Of a DNA stretch of 64,000 bases, positions 59,147-64,000 are shown piece by piece. The notes beneath the pieces are model-generated. The model was given only the letters and a program-made list of their open reading frames with translations. It was not told the DNA's origin and did not search any database. The stretch comes from a virus (lineage: Duplodnaviria > Caudoviricetes): IMG/VR virus record IMGVR_UViG_3300029705_000041; one strand, 5' to 3'. The translations under genes were made by a program, and so were the position numbers. Position 1 is the stretch's first letter. Every line of letters begins with the position of its first letter.

Positions 59147-59217
59147 GATTACAACATCAAACAAAACCGCTTTACAATAGCACATAAAAAAATTTAAAAA
59201 ATAATTCAAAAAAAGTA

Positions 59218-59246
59218 TTGACAAACTAAAAAAGATGTGCTATAAT
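59218..59246 (+). promoter_or_regulatory. Early sigma-A promoter 2 (copy exactly 100 bp downstream)
   Basis: TTGACA, 17 bp, TATAAT; extended TG; A-tract UP element. Confidence 0.88.
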
Positions 59247-59329
59247 AAAGACAACAAAACAAAAACAAAACTTTTTTCAGTCTTAAAAGCAAGACAGAAA
59301 AAGTATAAAATGAAAAGGAGCAAAAAATC

Positions 59330-59638
59330 ATGAAAAAATTTATTCTTTATGTAGGACTCAACGACCAAAACACAAAACAGCAAGAGGTTACAACTTTAGA
59401 TGCTTATAAAATAGCAACAAATATTTTTATAGAATATGTTGGCGGAGCAACCATCACGGAAGCAAAGGGAATATATACACATGAAGATGGAACCGTTGTA
59501 ACTGAAACAACTTTAAGATGTGAAATTTTTGGAGCAAATGCAGAACAAATTGAAAAGGCTGCAAGTCAATTGAAAATTGCATTAAATCAAGAATCTATTG
59601 CAATAGAAGAAATCGAAACAAATTCAAGATTTTTCTAA
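59330..59638 (+). CDS. DUF3574-like protein, putative SAM lyase (anti-restriction)
   Basis: GATITEAKGIY..E..VTE.T and LNQESI motifs; first gene behind the early promoters. Confidence 0.55.
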   Translation: MKKFILYVGLNDQNTKQQEVTTLDAYKIATNIFIEYVGGATITEAKGIYTHEDGTVVTETTLRCEIFGANAEQIEKAASQLKIALNQESIAIEEIETNSRFF

Positions 59639-59695
59639 ATGCCCTGATGAGTCTTTGAAAATTAAGACGAAACCGGCAAAAAAGCCGGTCGGCAT
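59639..59695 (+). ncRNA. Type I hammerhead ribozyme 1
   Basis: ATGCC-CTGATGA-GTCTT/AAGAC-GAAA-CCGGC/GCCGG-TC^GGCAT; cleavage predicted after 59690. Confidence 0.92.
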
Positions 59696-59731
59696 ACGCC
59701 AAAAAATATTTATGAATTGAGGTACAAAAAC

Positions 59732-59992
59732 ATGACAAGAACTACACATTTAAAAGCACATCCGAGCTGTCAGTGCAAAATTAATATTGACGGTAACAGA
59801 ATCGACTTTATAAGTTATACCACTAGAGTTATATCTATTATTGTTGAGAACGGCAAGCGCCTAGTTGAATGTACCGGCACATATAGCCGCACAACAGCAA
59901 AACAAATCACTTATTTTTTAAGAGAATATGCGCCGGACTTATGCCTGGAAGATATGAAGAAAATCCAGGGGGAAGGGTTTGTGGTTTGTTAA
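59732..59992 (+). CDS. Early hypothetical protein flanked by hammerheads
   Basis: GAGGT RBS; SY.T.V...YSRTT.KQI..F motif. Confidence 0.75.
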   Translation: MTRTTHLKAHPSCQCKINIDGNRIDFISYTTRVISIIVENGKRLVECTGTYSRTTAKQITYFLREYAPDLCLEDMKKIQGEGFVVC

Positions 59993-60043
59993 AAATAATA
60001 CAGAAAAAGTATATAAATATAATTAGAGGAAAATTTGATAAAA

Positions 60044-60100
60044 AACCGCTGATGAGTCTTTGAAAATTAAGACGAAACGCCCATCAAAGGGCGTCCGGTT
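60044..60100 (+). ncRNA. Type I hammerhead ribozyme 2
   Basis: AACCG-CTGATGA-GTCTT/AAGAC-GAAA-CGCCC/GGGCG-TC^CGGTT; cleavage predicted after 60095. Confidence 0.92.
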
Positions 60101-60134
60101 AAATACCGTAAAATTTCACCTGGAGGGTTATAAA

Positions 60135-60305
60135 ATGAGTATAGAAAAAATCAGTAAAATTTTAAATCAGCATTCAGTACCTTTTAAGATTTTAAACGGT
60201 AGAATTTATGCAGACAGTATGCAAGCCGGAACAAAACTTTTTGAGGCTGTAGAAGATTTGACAGATAGCTCTCCAGAAAATTTATATGAATGGTTAGGAT
60301 ATTAA
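60135..60305 (+). CDS. Small early protein
   Basis: GGAGG RBS, ATG60135; ends WLGY. Confidence 0.7.
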   Translation: MSIEKISKILNQHSVPFKILNGRIYADSMQAGTKLFEAVEDLTDSSPENLYEWLGY

Positions 60306-60319
60306 AGGAGGAAATGAAC

Positions 60320-60790
60320 ATGAAAACATTTGAATTTGCTGAAAAAATCAGAAAAGAATATGCAAAGAATTTTCCAGACAGTTTTTGCAAAGTAAAAAAA
60401 TATATTTGCCTAGGTTATAACTTAACTATTGAGTGCTATTTAAGCGGGAAAATGGAAGTTGAAGATTTACCAACGATGGCAAATAATGATATGTTCAAAA
60501 TTACCTTTAATATTCAGCTGCCGGAAAAATTCGATTATGATGCAGATGAATTACCGGAAAATTTGACAATGGAATGCTGGAATAATACTTATTTGACAGT
60601 GCCGGAAAATCAATATCTTTGCTACAGCAGCCGGAAAATTCCATACAGAAAAACAACAGGAAATGCGGAAAAAATCATCAAAACAGCCGGAAAATTCTTT
60701 GAAAAATTACACGGTTTAGTTCTGGAAGATATAAGCAACGGAAAAATCCATAAAAATTATGCTGAACTTGTGGCGGAAAAAGTGAGGTAA
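60320..60790 (+). CDS. Early hypothetical protein
   Basis: AGGAGG RBS. Confidence 0.75.
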   Translation: MKTFEFAEKIRKEYAKNFPDSFCKVKKYICLGYNLTIECYLSGKMEVEDLPTMANNDMFKITFNIQLPEKFDYDADELPENLTMECWNNTYLTVPENQYLCYSSRKIPYRKTTGNAEKIIKTAGKFFEKLHGLVLEDISNGKIHKNYAELVAEKVR

Positions 60791-60795
60791 AAATC

Positions 60796-60984
60796 ATGGA
60801 AGTAAAGCGAAAATTCAGAACGGAAAAATTGAAATTTCCGGTAGACGGTTATAAATACAATGTTCAAGTTTTAACAAGTATTGATGGCGGAAAAAACTAC
60901 TATTATTGTGGAATCGGAAAATTCTGTAAAACTAGAGAAGAATGCAAGCAATATATTTCAGAATACAGGAGGAAACACAAATGA
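60796..60984 (+). CDS. Small early protein
   Basis: GAGGT RBS; S.DGG....YCG.GKF motif. Confidence 0.7.
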   Translation: MEVKRKFRTEKLKFPVDGYKYNVQVLTSIDGGKNYYYCGIGKFCKTREECKQYISEYRRKHK

Positions 60985-61223
60985 AACGATTAAAACCGGA
61001 AAATTTTGAAATATCAGTAAAATATTTCAAAGGTCAGAATTACACGCCGGCGGATGTCATGAGACGATGGGCGGCGGAAAATTACGAAACATTTTACCGT
61101 GGAATTTACGGAAAACCTTATATCAGACTTTTTGGAGCAGCGTATTATTACGAATGCTGGAAAATTTCAAAAAATGATGATACAGAGACAGTAACAATTA
61201 CTTTGAAAAGGGTTGAAGAATAG
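60981..61223 (+). CDS. Small early protein
   Basis: AGGAGG RBS; ATGA overlap with previous gene. Confidence 0.7.
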   Translation: MKRLKPENFEISVKYFKGQNYTPADVMRRWAAENYETFYRGIYGKPYIRLFGAAYYYECWKISKNDDTETVTITLKRVEE

Positions 61224-61235
61224 GAGGAAAATATC

Positions 61236-61814
61236 ATGACAAGAATGGAAGAACTTATAAACCTGGAGAAAAATCCAACAGTTGAAGTTATGTATTGTGA
61301 TTATATTGCAGACGTGGAAAATACGGCGGAAAATATCAGAACAAGAATTTTAAAAAGCAGAGTAAACGGAAAATATTATTACCATCAGATGCAACACGGA
61401 AATGTTATAAAATGTTTTGAGATTGCTCTTTCATGGGTGCCTTTTGAAAATGTGTATGTTTTCAATTATACACCGGATGATTTACACAAATACGAAATTG
61501 ATTCGAGAAATCCGGAAAAATTGGAAGTAAAACATTTGGAAGAAAAACAAATTGCGGAAAATATGACTTGTAATTACGATGGAATGACAGTTGAATACAT
61601 AAACGAAAATGAACTTAAATTCAACGGAAAATCTGTTAAAATAATTAAAGATTCAGCTTACACATACAGTATGTTAAAAACAAAAATCAAGGCTGCCGGC
61701 GGAGCAAAAGGGTTGTTCATTTTCTTGGAAAATATCGCAGAAGAAGGAAAACAAACAAAATACCCGTTCTGGAGTACGGTTTGGAATAAGATGCACAAAC
61801 TATACGGAATGTAA
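61236..61814 (+). CDS. Early hypothetical protein
   Basis: AGGAGG RBS. Confidence 0.75.
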   Translation: MTRMEELINLEKNPTVEVMYCDYIADVENTAENIRTRILKSRVNGKYYYHQMQHGNVIKCFEIALSWVPFENVYVFNYTPDDLHKYEIDSRNPEKLEVKHLEEKQIAENMTCNYDGMTVEYINENELKFNGKSVKIIKDSAYTYSMLKTKIKAAGGAKGLFIFLENIAEEGKQTKYPFWSTVWNKMHKLYGM

Positions 61815-61828
61815 CAGGAGGAAAAATC

Positions 61829-62005
61829 ATGAAAATCGGAAAATTTGTTGTAAATATTCTTTGTACTCTATCAATTATATTTTATGCGGCGCTTGGCGTG
61901 TGTTATGGAGAAATCCTTATAAAACATGATTCACCCAATCCGGAATACAGTGATAAGAATATTATAGTAAACTTTGTTAGAAGCGTGGAGGAAAATTCAA
62001 AATGA
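61829..62005 (+). CDS. 58-aa membrane-anchored protein (not in ORF track)
   Basis: AGGAGG RBS; MKIGKFVVNILCTLSIIFYAALGVCYGEI...; ATGA overlap with next gene. Confidence 0.7.
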   Translation: MKIGKFVVNILCTLSIIFYAALGVCYGEILIKHDSPNPEYSDKNIIVNFVRSVEENSK

Positions 62006-62280
62006 AAATTGATTTAAACGAATTATATAATGAAGAATGTTATCCAGGAATGACAAAAGGTGATGCGGAAAAAATGAGCAATTTAAACGCTAAAAATCAT
62101 TATGGAATAAGTCATAATACACTGAAAAGATTAATTAAACAGCATCGAAAAGCACGACAGGAAAATGATAAAAGAACCATGTCAAAGATTGAGTATCGTT
62201 TAACAGATATTAATTTCCATACAGAATGCAGCTTGCTAATAGGCGGAAAATATGATGAAGCTTTAGCTCTTGAATGGTAA
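62002..62280 (+). CDS. Early hypothetical protein
   Basis: GGAGG RBS; IEYRLTDINFH motif. Confidence 0.7.
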   Translation: MKIDLNELYNEECYPGMTKGDAEKMSNLNAKNHYGISHNTLKRLIKQHRKARQENDKRTMSKIEYRLTDINFHTECSLLIGGKYDEALALEW

Positions 62281-62298
62281 ATATAAGGAGGAATATTT

Positions 62299-62785
62299 TA
62301 TGAATATGGATAAGTTATGGAGTTATGCGTGTTCCGGAGAGTTGGAAAATTTGAAAGAATATTATGAAAATGGCGGCGAAACAAATAGAAGATATTTCAA
62401 ATTCAATAGGTATCATTCACTCATTGCTGGAGCATATCGGAATGGAAATATTGAAACAGTCAAATATCTTGTATCAGTCGGAGAAACAATCACAGCGGAA
62501 GAAGAAACGGAAATCAGAGGTTTTTTGAATCGCATGGATAAATCAAAGTTGTTTGTTGATAACTTGGATTATCTTGAAAGATTTATGATAACGGAAAATT
62601 GGGCTGATGGAAACACACCAAAACAAGCCAGGGCGATATTTACAACAGCTTGCATAGTCGGAGAATTACAGGCAGATACATTAAAAGCTGACAGTATTTT
62701 AAAAGACTTATATAAAAAAGCTGCTCTGGAAGATTTAATATCGTATGATGACTTTGAAAACTTTATGTATGAATTATTAGTATAA
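62299..62785 (+). CDS. Protein with N-terminal ankyrin-like repeats
   Basis: YACSGELENLKEY and GAYRNGNIETVKYLVSVG; AAGGAGG RBS. Confidence 0.6.
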
Positions 62786-62810
62786 AAATTAAGAAAAGAG
62801 GTTAATTATT

Positions 62811-63272
62811 ATGAAAAAGTATTTTAGATTAATTAGTATGGTTTTAGTTGTGGTTGGATTAATAAGTCTTTGTGTTGGCTGTTCTATGTGGTCACAAGCA
62901 AAGAGTGTAGAGGCTGCAAACATGGCGGAAAAACAGGCGGCAGAGGAAAGAGTTATAAAGTATTATGATTTAGCTGAAACTGAAGGTTTATTCAGAATGT
63001 ATCGCTCATATGAGCTTACACCGGAAATTTTAACAAGTCGAAAAGGGACAATTATTGTTGAAGTAGTTGTTGGTAGATGTATTGATGCAGAATCCGGTGC
63101 CGGCGTAGTTGTTGGAAAAGAACTTGAATATTACAACTATATCAGCTATAAAAACGTTCCAGGAGTTAAAACAAATGATGTGTTATGCACTTATTTAGTA
63201 TATAATCCGGACAATAATTATGAAGATGATATTATTGAAAGATATGACTTTATAATTGAAACAAGTAATTAA
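62811..63272 (+). CDS. Putative lipoprotein/membrane-anchored protein
   Basis: N-terminal signal with lipobox-like VGC; YISY...TY..YNP..NY.DDI..R.D. Confidence 0.65.
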   Translation: MKKYFRLISMVLVVVGLISLCVGCSMWSQAKSVEAANMAEKQAAEERVIKYYDLAETEGLFRMYRSYELTPEILTSRKGTIIVEVVVGRCIDAESGAGVVVGKELEYYNYISYKNVPGVKTNDVLCTYLVYNPDNNYEDDIIERYDFIIETSN

Positions 63273-63308
63273 ATTAAAAGGAATAATAAAGGAAAGAGGT
63301 AAATAAAA

Positions 63309-63824
63309 ATGAAAAATATTATAGCTTTAATTATCAGTGTATTTATGGGTGTATCTGGAACAGGTGCAACGGTTGAACCGGTTGAAACAGTGGAAAATTC
63401 GGTGTTAAGTGTAATTGTTGATAGATTAGAAGATAATGATTATGTTGTTACAGAAGTATGTTATGGTGACTATTATAACATTATTGATATTAAACAAGAG
63501 GATTTTAACACATATAAAAATGAGGGTGATAGAATCAACGCCATCGCAATTGACGGAAAATTTCACTGCTCTGGAGAATGGTATAAGGGTGAAGATTTTT
63601 CAATAGCTGAAACATATTATCAGTTTAAATCTAATGATGATACCGTATGGTGGGCGCTGACAGTGGAAGATATTGGCTTTATTCCAGAAGAAAATACTGA
63701 ATATACTTTGATATACTTTGATAATGATACAACAGTGGAAAACAAAAATTGTGGCTGCAAACCGGAATGGGAATGCGAATGTGAAGTTTATGATGATATA
63801 TTTCTGGGAATTGTTAAGAAGTAG
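63309..63824 (+). CDS. Acidic secreted protein
   Basis: Signal peptide; Cys-rich C-terminus. Confidence 0.65.
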   Translation: MKNIIALIISVFMGVSGTGATVEPVETVENSVLSVIVDRLEDNDYVVTEVCYGDYYNIIDIKQEDFNTYKNEGDRINAIAIDGKFHCSGEWYKGEDFSIAETYYQFKSNDDTVWWALTVEDIGFIPEENTEYTLIYFDNDTTVENKNCGCKPEWECECEVYDDIFLGIVKK

Positions 63825-63832
63825 GTGATATT

Positions 63833-64000
63833 ATGAAAAGTCATAGATGGACGTGTGAAATCGTAAAAGACTTTAACGGAGTTTATTATGCAAATATGTT
63901 TATCGAAGGTCAAAAGGTGGAAAATTTGCCGGAATATGTTGATTATAATACATTAAAAGCGGCAATTAGACAAGAGACCGGAGTGGAAATTTTAAAATGT
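63833..64000 (+). CDS. Hypothetical protein, 3' truncated
   Basis: AGGTGA RBS; frame open to the window end. Confidence 0.55.
   Translation, partial: MKSHRWTCEIVKDFNGVYYANMFIEGQKVENLPEYVDYNTLKAAIRQETGVEILKC

Noticed and set aside
59271-59303. Third hammerhead (GTCTT...AAGAC hairpin in the early leader)
   Set aside because: Lacks CTGATGA and stem III; at most a leader hairpin or relic
1-64000. Stop-codon reassignment
   Set aside because: Genes are full length under the standard bacterial code and no suppressor tRNA is present

Overview
A 64-kb, AT-rich segment of a large SPbeta-like temperate siphophage of a Clostridia/Firmicutes host. The candidate attP is intact, so this is probably the free or excised form. 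From left to right: a 5'-truncated FNT transporter gene, a small putative RDF, a large serine integrase and a 50-bp attP-like site. Next is a ~55-kb minus-strand block: lysis genes; a complete diversity-generating retroelement (RT, TR, tandem double-domain Avd, VR at the C-terminus of a 2436-aa tail protein); tail, baseplate and holin genes; tape measure; tyrosine recombinase; RecU; head genes and terminase; HU, phosphoesterase, ClpP and a beta-CASP RNase; 7 tRNAs; a large unannotated structured RNA; and a YonO-like single-subunit RNA polymerase. A divergent early region follows, with twin sigma-A promoters, a SAM-lyase-like first gene, two hammerhead ribozymes and small genes densely seeded with CGGAAA. 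Main observations: (1) the integrase ribosome-binding site is buried in a hairpin, and an 18-nt perfect complement able to open it lies just beyond attP, suggesting an RNA toehold switch that senses recombination state; (2) tandem hammerheads flank one early gene; (3) a ~470-650-nt structured RNA heads the tRNA array; (4) the DGR has a fused Avd dimer and a one-codon VR/TR length difference. All calls are from manual reading; no searches or folding programs were run.
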